Origin: Candidatus Poribacteria bacterium
Lineage (GTDB): Bacteria > Poribacteria > WGA-4E > WGA-3G
Assembly: GCA_965215265.1 (NCBI GenBank)
Contig: OZ244048.1
Location: forward strand, 1,696,001-1,760,000
DNA: 64,000 bases
Direction of reading: 5' to 3'
A model generated the notes under the pieces. That model made no database searches. It was given only the letters and a program-made list of their open reading frames with translations, and was not told the DNA's origin. This document shows, one piece after another, positions 1-10,600 of this stretch (position 1 is its first letter; each line of letters begins with the position of its first letter). Made by a program: the position numbers and the translations under genes.

Positions 1-155
1 CGGTCTTTCACAGTGGTTAAAGCGTGATAATCAGCGATAAAGTAGAGTGCTTGGAAATCTCGGGCGAGTTCCAGCGCGGGTTTGATCATCCCGAGGTAGT
101 TACCGATGTGAGGCTGCCCCGTCGGTTTGATGCCTGTTAAAGAAATCTGTTTCAA
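1..155 (-). CDS. trpS: Tryptophan--tRNA ligase, 5' part (runs off the window start)
   Basis: Manual translation from TTG at 155 gives MKQISLTGIKPTGQPHIGNYLG (class I HIGH-type motif, TrpRS-like). SD AGGAGA at 165-170. Confidence 0.9.
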   Translation of the reverse strand, partial: MKQISLTGIKPTGQPHIGNYLGMIKPALELARDFQALYFIADYHALTTVKD

Positions 156-179
156 TTCAGTTGTTCTCCTTGTCTTTCG

Positions 180-1031
180 CTAAGATATTTGAATAACGAC
201 AGCATCACCCCGTTTTAATTGGAAACGTTCTTGGGCACTCTCGCTATTTATAGCAATTTCTAATAACCCGAAGCTGCCGATAATCGCTAAAGGCTCACCG
301 GTATGAGATTCGGAGTACGCGGTGTTTAACCGCTCCATCCGCACATCGCCCGCCTGAATTGTATAGTGAGACGAAGTTTTCGTAAATTCGGTGAACGCAT
401 TTTGAGAGATATTCGTTATCAAATTTCCAAAACGATCGATTTTGATGATCTGCCCCGTGAGAGTGTTTTCAGAGATATGTGCCTCAGGCAACGGCAGTTG
501 CACCGGGTTTCGGATAGGTTTTCCGATACTTGTAAACGGAATACCGAGCGATAGATGTGCCGCGACAGGGGCGAAAATATCTCTACCGTGGAATGTATTG
601 CTGACGTTGGGTAAGAGATATTTCCTGTTCTGAATTGCCACAACTCTTCGTATCTGCCGCCGTCTATAGCCATTTTCAGTGTGTTGGAATAGATAACTCA
701 GTGTTCCATTATCAGGACACACAAAAAACGCGCTATCAGTTTGACAAACTATTGCCCGGCGATTGCTGCCAACACCCGGATCAACGACGATGATGTGAAT
801 CGTACCGTTTGGGAAATATTGATGCACAGAAGGGATTAAGAAAGCGGCTTCGTGGACATCTTGCGGTGGTATCGCGTGTGTAATGTCGATCACCTGCACG
901 TGCGGATTGATACTTAAAATTACGCCCTTCATAATACCGACATAAGCGTCGTTGGTACCGAAGTCGGTTGTTAGGGTGATAATGCTATTTGTATATTTCA
1001 GCACGTCAACGGTTGATGTTGTGTTAATCAC
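180..1031 (-). CDS. SAM hydroxide adenosyltransferase (DUF62 / SAM-dependent halogenase family)
   Basis: Motifs ITLTTDFG, VVDPGVGSNRR, SNTFHGRDIFAP, IDRFGNLITN. The N-terminal ~14 aa come from a dispersed repeat. Confidence 0.9.
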   Translation of the reverse strand: MINTTSTVDVLKYTNSIITLTTDFGTNDAYVGIMKGVILSINPHVQVIDITHAIPPQDVHEAAFLIPSVHQYFPNGTIHIIVVDPGVGSNRRAIVCQTDSAFFVCPDNGTLSYLFQHTENGYRRRQIRRVVAIQNRKYLLPNVSNTFHGRDIFAPVAAHLSLGIPFTSIGKPIRNPVQLPLPEAHISENTLTGQIIKIDRFGNLITNISQNAFTEFTKTSSHYTIQAGDVRMERLNTAYSESHTGEPLAIIGSFGLLEIAINSESAQERFQLKRGDAVVIQIS

Positions 1032-1061
1032 TGTATAAATCTCGTCGGAGGTTATCTAGGT
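989..1061. repeat. Dispersed repeat family A, half copy spanning the 180..1031 start and the 1052..1888 stop
   Basis: Inverted match to 38382-38450. The 26-mer taaatctcgtcggaggttatctaggt is identical at 1036-1061 and 14077-14102. Confidence 0.8.
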
Positions 1062-1888
1062 GATGATTCAATTTGTTGTTTCTTTCGTTGGAGGTGCGTC
1101 TGCATCCAGGCAAAGCTCTTCCGCTGGCCCGTGCCGTCGTTTTCTCTCCCCTCGTATTCACAGCACCAAACACCGTCATAGCCCGCTTTTTTTAAACAAC
1201 GGATTGCCTTATGAAGGTCTATTTCGCCTTCGCCGAGTGCTTCCCCCCGGTAATTTCCGCGAGAACCGGTGCCATCTTTCAGATGTGTGTGTAATGTATA
1301 CGGCGCGACGATTTCATAATACCTGCTCACTGTAGTGAGGTCGTGTCCTGCCCATCGGTAATTCATCGTATCCAAGTTTGCACCCACATGTTTGGAACCG
1401 ACGCGCTCAAACAACTCCACTTGTAAATCACCGTCATTCGTAACCAAGCCGTGGTTATCAACAGCCAGATAAATCTCGTTTGCTTCCGTAAATTCAAGGC
1501 AACGTGTTAAGCATTCAGCCATCGCTTCGACCCATCGACTTTCCGGTACAGCGTCCTTTGGCGAACCCCCTTCGGTGCGCAGGACTGAAGTGCCGAGTCT
1601 CTTCGCGATGCCTGCAATACGTTCCATCCGCGCCACTTGTGCCTGAATTGCCTTTTCCTCTAATACGACAAAATCGTTCCCTGCGGCAAGTGCGGAGACC
1701 TGCAAACCGTACGATTCTACCTGCTTTCTCACAGTCTCCGCGTTTTTTTCAGGGTTATCCGTTTCGAGGCTCCAAACATCGCCTATCTGGAGTTCAACGT
1801 ATCCGAATCCGGTTTCACTCGTGAATTTAAGGAAGTCGTCAAGCGAGCTGCTTGCGTAGTTGTAATGAATCAGACCTAATTTTGACAT
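1052..1888 (-). CDS. Sugar phosphate isomerase/epimerase (AP endonuclease 2 TIM barrel)
   Basis: Motifs GFGYVEL, LAVDNHG, NLDTMN, HTHLKD, GYDGVWCCEYE. Confidence 0.85.
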   Translation of the reverse strand: MSKLGLIHYNYASSSLDDFLKFTSETGFGYVELQIGDVWSLETDNPEKNAETVRKQVESYGLQVSALAAGNDFVVLEEKAIQAQVARMERIAGIAKRLGTSVLRTEGGSPKDAVPESRWVEAMAECLTRCLEFTEANEIYLAVDNHGLVTNDGDLQVELFERVGSKHVGANLDTMNYRWAGHDLTTVSRYYEIVAPYTLHTHLKDGTGSRGNYRGEALGEGEIDLHKAIRCLKKAGYDGVWCCEYEGRENDGTGQRKSFAWMQTHLQRKKQQIESSPR

Positions 1889-1985
1889 AATTTTATTGGC
1901 TCCTGATTTGCCAGGTTATAGCATCTCCTAAATAATAACGTTCTCTAAAAAGCAAGGTTGATGATTGTGTGTACGAAAAATTCTC

Positions 1986-2015
1986 TTGCATCTTTTAAAA
2001 TTATTATGGTATAAT
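1986..2015 (+). promoter_or_regulatory. Putative sigma70 promoter of mqnE-mqnA-fur
   Basis: TTGCAT-N18-TATAAT with an extended -10 TG. Confidence 0.5.
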
Positions 2016-2071
2016 ACTATCATTAGGAAGCAGATGTCAAGCAATTTTTTGCTCGCAAAATAGGGAAAATA

Positions 2072-3208
2072 ATGGAGAACTATAATCGCTTTACCGATCC
2101 GAAATTAGCTGCCATTTACGAGAAGGTTAAGGCAGAAGAGCGGCTCTCTTTTACGGAAGGAGTCACCCTTTACGAAAGTGCTGATATTACCGGTGTTGGG
2201 TTTATCGCCAATCATGTCCGTGAACGTTTAAACAGGAACGTTGCCTACTATAACATCAACCAACACATAGACTATTCCAATGTGTGCATCCTGCACGCGC
2301 GGTGCCATTTTTGTGCGTTTGCCCGGAAGAACATGCAGACCCCAGGTGCTTGGGAAATGAGCGTTGATGAATTTTTAGACAAGGCGATGTATTCCATAGA
2401 ACACGGTTGCACAGAGATTCATAGCGTCGGCGGGTTGCACCCGAAGCTGCCTTTTGATTACTACCTTGACATTATCCGGGGTCTGAAGGAACGGATGCCA
2501 CAGGTACACCTCAAATTCTTTACAGCTGTTGAAATTCATCACTTCTCGCGCATCTTTAAGATGTCAATGGAAGAGGTTTTGACGCAGTTGCGCGAAGCCG
2601 GCTTAGATTCGCTACCGGGCGGGGGTGCAGAAATCTTCGCCGAAGAGACGCGTAATAAGATCTGCCCCGGCAAACTAAGTGCGGAAGGCTGGCTTGAGGT
2701 TCACGATATTGCGCATCACCTTGGGATTCCAACCAACGCGACGATGCTTTACGGGCACCTTGAAACGAATGAAGACCGGGTCGACCATCTGATTAGGTTG
2801 CGGGCACAACAAGATAAATCCGGCGGGTTTGTCACATTTATCCCGCTGGCTTTTCACCCTGCAAACACACGAATGTCTTATCTGCCATCAACCTCTGGCT
2901 TAACCGATCTTAGAAACATTGCAGTGGCGCGTCTGATGTTGGATAACCTACCACATATCAAGGTGTATTGGATTATGACTGGATTGAAAACCGCACAAGT
3001 GGCACTCCGATTTGGGGCGGATGATATTGATGGCACAGTGACAGAGGAAAAAATTACGCACATGGCAGGCGCTGATACGCCTGAAGCCGTTTCTGTGGAT
3101 GCCTTGACGCACCTCATTGAAGAGGCTGGCTTTGTACCTGTAGAGCGCGATACGCTTTACAACGAAATCATTCGCGAGGGAAACCGGTGGTACAGGAAAG
3201 CAGCTTAA
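2072..3208 (+). CDS. mqnE: Aminofutalosine synthase (radical SAM)
   Basis: CxxxxxCxxC cluster motif, SLPGGGAEIF, FIPLAFHP, HIKVYW, EEKITHMAGA; adjacent to mqnA. Confidence 0.9.
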   Translation: MENYNRFTDPKLAAIYEKVKAEERLSFTEGVTLYESADITGVGFIANHVRERLNRNVAYYNINQHIDYSNVCILHARCHFCAFARKNMQTPGAWEMSVDEFLDKAMYSIEHGCTEIHSVGGLHPKLPFDYYLDIIRGLKERMPQVHLKFFTAVEIHHFSRIFKMSMEEVLTQLREAGLDSLPGGGAEIFAEETRNKICPGKLSAEGWLEVHDIAHHLGIPTNATMLYGHLETNEDRVDHLIRLRAQQDKSGGFVTFIPLAFHPANTRMSYLPSTSGLTDLRNIAVARLMLDNLPHIKVYWIMTGLKTAQVALRFGADDIDGTVTEEKITHMAGADTPEAVSVDALTHLIEEAGFVPVERDTLYNEIIREGNRWYRKAA

Positions 3209-4038
3209 CAGAAGAGAAGTTATGCCAACCGAGCCCCGTTAGAGTCGGAGCGGTTTCATTTCTGAACACCAAACCGCTTATATACCCGTTGTTAAATAAA
3301 GACATCCCAACGGATATGTCCCTCAGCGTTCAGGTACCAAGTCAACTGGCTTCACTTTTAAAGAGTGGGAGACTGGATGTCGGCTTAATCCCGATTATTG
3401 AGTATTTCCGTTCTCCGGATGCTGGATACCGCATCTTACCGGATATTTCTATAGCATCTCACGGAAACGTCCTGAGTATACAACTCTTCAGCCATGTACC
3501 GATTCAAGAGATTCAGCGCGTCGCTCTGGATACGAGTTCGCGTTCGTCAATAGCGCTCCTGAAGATTTTGCTTGCTGAGCAGTATGGGCTGCATCCTGAA
3601 TTCACGGCTTGTGATCCTTCCGTGAATCCGAATGCACCTGAAGTTTCAAGGTATGGAGAGGCAGTGCTGCTCATTGGGGATGCAGCACTGCGGCAATTGA
3701 ACACGACTCAATATAGCCTTGACCTTGGGGCAGCATGGCATGAATTTACAGGGTTGCCATTTGTGTATGCTTGCTGGGTTGCTCGAGAAGGTGTGGACGT
3801 TGGCGAAGTACCTGAAGTGCTTCAGACAGCAAAGGCACGTGGAATACCGCAGATTCCAGAAATCGCGCGCATGGAATCCCCTAAACTCGGTTTACCTGAA
3901 TCCCTCTGTCGGGATTACCTGCAAAAGCATATATGTTACGATTTGGGTGAATGTGAATTAGCCGGCCTCCAAAAATTTTATCAACTTGCGGTTAAACACG
4001 GTCTTGCTGAACCCGGTGCTACAGTGCTCTTTACGTAA
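3187..4038 (+). CDS. mqnA: Chorismate dehydratase (futalosine menaquinone pathway)
   Basis: Motifs VSFLNTKPL, SRSS, LLIGDAAL, DLGAAWHEFTGLPFVYACW. Confidence 0.9.
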   Translation: MVQESSLTEEKLCQPSPVRVGAVSFLNTKPLIYPLLNKDIPTDMSLSVQVPSQLASLLKSGRLDVGLIPIIEYFRSPDAGYRILPDISIASHGNVLSIQLFSHVPIQEIQRVALDTSSRSSIALLKILLAEQYGLHPEFTACDPSVNPNAPEVSRYGEAVLLIGDAALRQLNTTQYSLDLGAAWHEFTGLPFVYACWVAREGVDVGEVPEVLQTAKARGIPQIPEIARMESPKLGLPESLCRDYLQKHICYDLGECELAGLQKFYQLAVKHGLAEPGATVLFT

Positions 4039-4132
4039 TTTTTTTAGCTGCCGCATAAACCGTGTTGTCTTGGTGTGCAGATAATCGCCAGCAACCCTGG
4101 TGTCTCAAGTTGTGTGTTAAAAGGAATTAACC

Positions 4133-4627
4133 ATGAAATCCGATCAAAAAAGCGGAGTCCGACCGGATCTCTCAAAGCAGTTTAAAGACTATTTGGAAAG
4201 CTGTGGCCTTCGACTCACCACAAAACGTTTAGATATCCTGGAACAAGTGTATGCCTATAACGGACATTTCCAAGCCGAAGACCTCTTGGTACACATGCGG
4301 CGTAACGGCTATAATGCTTCTCGACCTACCATCTACCGGACGTTACCGTTGCTCGTTAAAAGTGGACTTTTGACAGAATTTATTGACGCGCAAAAAAATA
4401 CACGGTATGAGAGCATTCATTCGCTGAAAGAACACGCGCATCTTATCTGCCTTCGATGCAATCAGATAGTAGAATTTAAAGAACCCGGGATTGACGCACT
4501 ACAAAAGGCGGTGTGTAAAGCGCACCGGTTTAAAGCAGTGCGCTTCCGGAATGAGATTATCGGCTACTGTGCGGACTGTCAAGCAGAGTTAGAGTTGTCC
4601 ATACAAGAGCGCGCGTCTACATCTTAA
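4133..4627 (+). CDS. Fur-family transcriptional regulator (Fur/Zur/PerR)
   Basis: Motifs GLRLT, TIYRTL, HAHLICLRC and C-terminal GYCADC. Confidence 0.9.
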   Translation: MKSDQKSGVRPDLSKQFKDYLESCGLRLTTKRLDILEQVYAYNGHFQAEDLLVHMRRNGYNASRPTIYRTLPLLVKSGLLTEFIDAQKNTRYESIHSLKEHAHLICLRCNQIVEFKEPGIDALQKAVCKAHRFKAVRFRNEIIGYCADCQAELELSIQERASTS

Positions 4628-5330
4628 GACGGCTCCATGTGGTGGTAAGCAACCCTCCAGGGTGAACGTCTAAGGTCTTGTCTTCTGCGTTGTCGTAATC
4701 CTCATCTGTGGGTTGATATTCCAGATCGCTAGACCAGAGGAAAACGTCATATTGGACTTGTAGTGAACTTTGGCGGGTCCAGATCATCATGACGTTTTCG
4801 CCATGTTGCAATTCATTGACGGTACCACCATCCTGTCCAAAATCACCGGTACGCATCCATGCCCACGCGGGAACGTTTTCTTCAAAGATGATATGATCTG
4901 GACGAACAAAAGCGGGTGCGTCCTTCGGAATTTCGTCGCCATCATCTCCCAAAACCCACAGCCAATCTGAATGGTTACTCGGATTAATCACTCTACCGAT
5001 AAACCGCCAGGTACCTGCTCTTCCGCCAGCACGGCTGATGTCGAATCGATAGAGTATCCATCCCTGTTTTCCTGCACCGGCATTCGTGACAATATCACCG
5101 TAGGCATCATCGGCAGGGTCCACTGCTTTCTCGCCTTTTCCTAATTTGTAGACATCATCGGAATCCCGTTCGTCAAAGGCTTCTGCTTCAAACCAGAGCT
5201 GGACTCCTTTGCCGTATTTAGAGACTTTAAACGCTTCTACGGCAAACCCGGAGAGTGTGCTGAATAGCATCAGCAGGCAAACTGCGATGCCTGTCAATTG
5301 AAATTTTTGAATCATAAGAGTTTCCTCCAT
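4617..5330 (-). CDS. Secreted hypothetical protein with C-terminal VHPGGLLTTTWSRLK tail
   Basis: N-terminal signal-peptide-like stretch. The tail matches the motif of the LamG proteins in this window. Confidence 0.75.
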   Translation of the reverse strand: MEETLMIQKFQLTGIAVCLLMLFSTLSGFAVEAFKVSKYGKGVQLWFEAEAFDERDSDDVYKLGKGEKAVDPADDAYGDIVTNAGAGKQGWILYRFDISRAGGRAGTWRFIGRVINPSNHSDWLWVLGDDGDEIPKDAPAFVRPDHIIFEENVPAWAWMRTGDFGQDGGTVNELQHGENVMMIWTRQSSLQVQYDVFLWSSDLEYQPTDEDYDNAEDKTLDVHPGGLLTTTWSRLKM

Positions 5331-5584
5331 GGGAAATTGAATGAATTGTTGTGCAAGCTAACATCAATACAGACGATGATTGGGTAATGTGCCTTGCCCT
5401 CCGCCAGGCATATCAACAGCAAGGCGAATATTGCCTTCCGCCAAGATATATACTCTGTTTAGCAATCTGATGCTCATGATACTACAATAACTTTAAACAT
5501 GCAAATGAATGGACACGTTTTTTTAGAATTCAAATGTCTATATCCTGCATCCTGAGTACAAGCGACGGTAATCCCGGTTCATAT

Positions 5585-5613
5585 TTGACATTTGTTTCAC
5601 AATAGTGTATAAT
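5585..5613 (+). promoter_or_regulatory. Consensus sigma70 promoter of iscU-like/iscA
   Basis: Perfect TTGACA-N17-TATAAT. Confidence 0.8.
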
Positions 5614-5653
5614 ATTAATAGAGGATTTCTGCAATACATTGAGACAGTGAGTT

Positions 5654-6031
5654 ATGTATACCCAACAAGTCACTAAGCATTATGAAAACCCGTGCAATGT
5701 CGGAACTATCGCTGATGCTGATGGCATGGCGACGGTGGGAGATGCAGCGAGTGGCGAAATGCTCAAACTGACGCTCAAGGTTAAAGACAACGCGATTGCT
5801 GCGGCAAAGTTCCGGGCATTCGGATGCCCGACTGCAATTGCAAGCGGTTCTATCCTGACTGAATTGATTACCGGGCTCCCAATTTCGGATGCCCTAAAAA
5901 TTAAAGCAGGCGATATCTCTAATGCCTTAGGCGGACTCCCCTTAGATAAGTGCAGATACGCTATCTATGCTGAAGAATTACTAAAACAGGCAATTGCTGT
6001 CGCGAGTGCTAAATCGGGCATTGTCGCATAA
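5654..6031 (+). CDS. IscU/NifU_N-like Fe-S scaffold (first Cys ligand missing)
   Basis: HYENPCNVG, AKFRAFGCPTAIASGS, LGGLP; DAASGE replaces the usual xxCGD. Confidence 0.8.
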   Translation: MYTQQVTKHYENPCNVGTIADADGMATVGDAASGEMLKLTLKVKDNAIAAAKFRAFGCPTAIASGSILTELITGLPISDALKIKAGDISNALGGLPLDKCRYAIYAEELLKQAIAVASAKSGIVA

Positions 6032-6084
6032 GTTGTTAGTGGACGCTACGGGCGATTGTGCAGAAAAAAGGAGGTGCGATTATC

Positions 6085-6414
6085 ATGATTACTGTTACAG
6101 AGTCAGCAGCGCAAAAAGCCATTGCGCTGATTAATAGAAATGAGGAAATTACCCCTGATAAGCTCGGCTTGCGGATGCAGGTTGTCGGCGGCGGCTGCTC
6201 TGGATTCCAATACAACCTTGAATTTGGTGCCGCGAAAGACACCGATAAGGTGTTTAAGTTCCACGGATTGCAGGTTTTCATAGATCCGCGCAGCACCCTT
6301 TACCTGGCCGGATCCGTACTTGACTATAACGATGGATTAATGGATTCCGGCTTCAAAATTACCAATCCGAACGCTAAAAACACCTGCGGTTGCGGTGAAT
6401 CGTTTAGCGTATAA
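6085..6414 (+). CDS. iscA: A-type Fe-S carrier (IscA/HesB/ErpA family)
   Basis: GGGCSGFQY and NPNAKNTCGCGESF. SD AGGAGGT precedes ATG 6085. Confidence 0.9.
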   Translation: MITVTESAAQKAIALINRNEEITPDKLGLRMQVVGGGCSGFQYNLEFGAAKDTDKVFKFHGLQVFIDPRSTLYLAGSVLDYNDGLMDSGFKITNPNAKNTCGCGESFSV

Positions 6415-6446
6415 CTTGCGTGTCGAAAATTTGCACACCCGAAAAA

Positions 6447-6494
6447 AAAGTGGCTAAGGTTAAAAGAGGTACGCCTTTTAACTTTAGCCACTTT
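6447..6494. terminator. Long hairpin between convergent genes (probable bidirectional terminator)
   Basis: aaagtggctaaggttaaaag / cttttaactttagccacttt inverted repeat with an A-run on the left. Confidence 0.75.
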
Positions 6495-6502
6495 AAAATT
6501 TT

Positions 6503-7294
6503 TCAGCCTGTGTTGTAGAGTTCAGCATGCCGTTGAAGCACCGCATCCGAATCCGGGGGATTGATAACCTCAATGGAGATGAACCCGGTGTAGCCATCTT
6601 CAGCAAGCATCGCAAGCGAGTCTCTCTCCGTGTCAGGTACCGGTCCGCTGTCTCCAAAACTGACATGCACATGTCTGACCTTTCCACGCAGATGAACGTA
6701 AGCGACATCAACTGGCTGTCCATGGCGGACGTGGTGTGCCGCGTGCCAATTGACGAAGGTATGCTGCGCTTCAGCTCGATACAAGACTTCAGCGACATAA
6801 CTCGCTATGAGATTCCCGTGTGTTTCAAGACAGAGCGCGATGCCAGCCTCTCCGGCGAGGGTGTCGCATGCGCGAATCCCATCAGCTTCCCAATCTAGTG
6901 TTTGTGACACTTCAACCGCTGTCGTTTTTGGCACCGGATCCCCAAAGATCCGGATATTCTGCGCGCCCATTGTTTCGGTGAGTTCAATATATCGCTTCAG
7001 TAACTCAACTTGCGCGGCACGTTTTTCGGTATCCGGATCGACGAACCTAATACCGGTTGCAATACACGAGAGGGTGATGCCGCTATCCGCAAAGCGCGCA
7101 CGCGCCTCACGCAGCTGCGCCGCAGACGAGTCTAATTCAACACCGTGTCCATGCCCCCACTCTACGCGAAGTTCAAGGTGTTCGTAATTATACTGTTTGG
7201 CTTTGTCAATCAACTCCGCGAGCGTTAACGGCGGACAGACTGATGACATAAAACCGAATTGGCTCTGGTTCGTTCCTTGTTCTGCATTTTGCAT
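6503..7294 (-). CDS. Sugar phosphate isomerase/epimerase family protein
   Basis: Motifs HLELR, IRIFG, LCLETHG, VRHVHV, GYTGFISIE. Confidence 0.8.
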   Translation of the reverse strand: MQNAEQGTNQSQFGFMSSVCPPLTLAELIDKAKQYNYEHLELRVEWGHGHGVELDSSAAQLREARARFADSGITLSCIATGIRFVDPDTEKRAAQVELLKRYIELTETMGAQNIRIFGDPVPKTTAVEVSQTLDWEADGIRACDTLAGEAGIALCLETHGNLIASYVAEVLYRAEAQHTFVNWHAAHHVRHGQPVDVAYVHLRGKVRHVHVSFGDSGPVPDTERDSLAMLAEDGYTGFISIEVINPPDSDAVLQRHAELYNTG

Positions 7295-7626
7295 AGCAAT
7301 CTCCTGTTTTCAAAAGAGTTTATAGTGAATTATGAAAATAATTAGACATTTCGATGAACAAACTCGGAAACGAGCCCTATCTTCCATCTGGATCATTGTA
7401 GGCGTGCTTTGCGACTGCGCAGTCGCGTTGGTTCAGCGCGTTCTGTTTATAAAACGCGACAGGCTCCATATCTCTACTCCGGCGGCGCAGTGTGTGACGC
7501 ATCGACTCCCTTCCTAGGTAGGCAAGACTTCTACCTCGCAGCTCACAATGTTATTGTAAAATCTACTGTCAGAATTCTTTAACAAAATCTTTTGTATCAG
7601 TTCATGATAGTCAAGCAAAAATTCTG

Positions 7627-10600
7627 TTAGGAGCTAATCTGAATGTATGAACAGCCGTTTCCTCGTTTCCTTACGTTAATTTTAACCGGCAAACGTCTCG
7701 TTAACTCCTGAATATGACTGATAAGGAAAATGCTTTTGCCCTGCATGCGGAGTCCTTCAAGTGCGGCGATGGCAACGTCAAGCGTTTCTGCATCAAGTGT
7801 ACCGAAGCCTTCGTCAAGGAAGAGTGAGCTCAATTGTGTACGCCCACGGCTGAGCTCGGAGAGTGCGAGTGCTAAAGCGAGGCTGGTCAGGAAAGATTCT
7901 CCACCAGAGAGCGTTTCAACCGGACGTTCCTCGTTTGCATTCCATCTATCAATCACAGTCAGTTTGCCGATGCTTTCTACTTTAAGTTGATACCGTTCAG
8001 ATGTCAAATATTCCAATTGTGCATTGGCGATACGGGCGACTTGCTTGAACATAATGTCCAGTGCGAAGTCACGCAAATCGTTGGCAGGAATTATCTGTTG
8101 TAGGTTATCCCATCGATTTAATTCGCGCTCGGCTTCCTCAATTTCACTAGTAAATGCCTCGCGTTTGGATAATGCATCTCCGAAGTCCTCTATCTTTTTC
8201 TCTTCCGCACCAATGTTTTTTTGTATTGTCTCAATTGTCTGCTCAATTTCTTGTCTTCGGGCAGTAATTTCCTCTAATTTCTGTGGCTCAAACGGTGTTT
8301 CTTCAAATCGAGTCTGCAATTCAGCAATCTCTACCTCAAGTGCATGCTTTTCTCTATTATACTCCTTTATATCTTTCTCGACTTGTTGCATCCACCCTTC
8401 TTCTCGAAAGGCGTTCTCATGTGCCTCAGGTGAGTCAAAGCCTGCACGGTTTAAGACCTTTAAGTAGGCTTCGCGTGCGATTTCCACGTTTTCTGTGCAT
8501 TCTGCACGGCGGGATAGTTGATATTCGTAATTGGTTTGTGCTTGAGCGAGCGATATCTTGCTCTCCTGAAATTCTTGTTCAGCTTCGTTGCGCTGATTCG
8601 CTTTTTTCTGAACTGCCGCTTCTAATTTTTCGATCTTGGTGTCAATCTCCTGCTCGGTTGTTAATCCATCTGTTTTGTCACGCGCAGCATCTAAAAATTG
8701 GTTTTCCTCGCACTGATAACGTTTAATATCAGCCTTAACCTCTTGATGTTGTTTTGTAAGTCTTTCATGCTCACGCTCGTTTCGGTGATGTTCAGATTCG
8801 AGTCGTTCCAGTTTTTGTATTTTCTTGCTGCATTCTTGTTCTCGTGCTTCAACCGTCTCTATCTGATTTTCGAATTGAGAAACCGCCTTTTCGGGTTCGA
8901 CTTGATGGAAAGTATTAGGCATTAACTCCCAAAAACGGTTTTCGCTGCTTGCCATCTCTGCTTTTAAATCCTCAAGTTCATCGGTTAGGACTTGCAAATT
9001 CTGTTGTGTATCTTTTAACAGTTCGTTTTCTCTCGCAATAACCTTCTCACAACTTTCAAGGTGTTGAGCTCGCGTCTCGTAATCATGCAATGCGTTCGTG
9101 CACGCCTCTCGTGCTTTGTGGAGATTCTCAATAGCAGTCTCTGCGTCCCGAAGCTGTTGCTCAACCGCTGCGGCTGTAACTTCGGTGTGAAGGTAAATTT
9201 CCTGCCATTGGTAGGAAAGGCTTTGAGCCTCCGACTCTAGTTCATCTATTTCCGCTTCGGATGTGTCAATTTGTGTAGTGAGGTTGTTCTCATCCTGCTC
9301 GAGCTGTGCCTTCTTTCGTTCTAGCCGTTGCATCTGTTTCTGTTCTGCTAGTGCGTCGGTTTTAGCCGTGGCTAAGGCTTTTTCAGCCGCTTCCAACAAT
9401 TCATCGCCTTCCGGCTCAAATTCATCGGCACAAGGATGTTCTGTAGCACCACATACCCTGCAAGGTTTTCCTGCCTCCAATTGTTGCCGCAGCTGATTAA
9501 TAGGAGCTGCGAGCAGTGCCAATTCGCGTGCGTGTTCAAATCGGGTGACTTTTTCCGCTGTCTGTGCGCAGCTGGCAGCTTGTGATTCCAATTGACGGTT
9601 AACTGCTTCAAGTGCCGCCTTCCGAATTGCCAAATGGGAATGTAATTCCGCCTTTTCGTGTTTCACATCATCGAGTTGGCGCTGCACAACTTCATACCGC
9701 TGGGCAATAGGTAGTGCCTGCTGTGCTTTTTCTTTTTGTGCATGCCACAGGTCGAGGGTTCCAACTGTTTGTAGGGCTGCCAATTCCGTGTTAATCCTTG
9801 CGAGTGATGCCTCAGCAGTCACTTTTTCGGCAGTGAGTTCTTCACGAGCCTGGGATAACTGAGTGAGTTCACCTTTCAACCTCTTTACGTTGTCCACATA
9901 TTCTGTCTTGCGTTCGGATTTCTCTTGTTGCCGTTTATGTTGTTCACGGTACGTTCCCAAGAATTCTTTTGCGCTGATGAGGCGTGGTTGCCTATCCACA
10001 GGTAGCGAATTTTCATCAAGAAATGCCCGGGTGGCTTGAATCTGTTGATGCAATTCCGCGTGGCGTGCAGTATCTTCGGTTAATTGCTTGGACAAATTGT
10101 TAATTTGTGCAGCCAATTCCTCCATCTGAGGTATCATACTTTCTGCTTGATTGTGCCTATCCTGTGCCTGTTTTACATCAGATTTCGCATGAGCATAGGC
10201 CTTCATTTTTGTCTGCTGGTTTTGCAATTCTGCCTGATATGCTCCGTCAATTTGAGTGAATTGCGCATCCTTCTGCTCAAATTCCGTTTGTGCGGCCTCA
10301 CATTCTATTTCTGCTTTCCGAAATGTGGTATCTACGTCGCTAAGTTGCGATATAGCAAAATCCAATGCCTGTTTTTCAGAACGAAGGTTATTGGCAAGTC
10401 TTGCTTGTTCTCGTTCGGTTTCGTGTTCTGCTATCTCCGCTGCTTCATCTAAAAGCACAGCGTACCGTTTCTGCGAGGTGCAGAGTTTTTCAAACGCTTC
10501 TGCCCGATTTTGTTCCCGCTCTTCTTTCCTCCGGGATTCCTCTCTTTTTTTTTGCAGTGCCTCCGCTTCATTGTACAAACTGTCCACCCTTGTCTGAGCT

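Noticed and set aside
180-1031. SAM-dependent chlorinase/fluorinase activity
   Set aside because: It keeps the Asp/Arg/His residues typical of DUF62 hydroxide transferases (VVDP, RR, TFHGRD) and sits in housekeeping context.
7320-7620. ncRNA or small ORF in the sbcC downstream gap
   Set aside because: Only short GC palindromes are present; no recognisable RNA family or coding signal.
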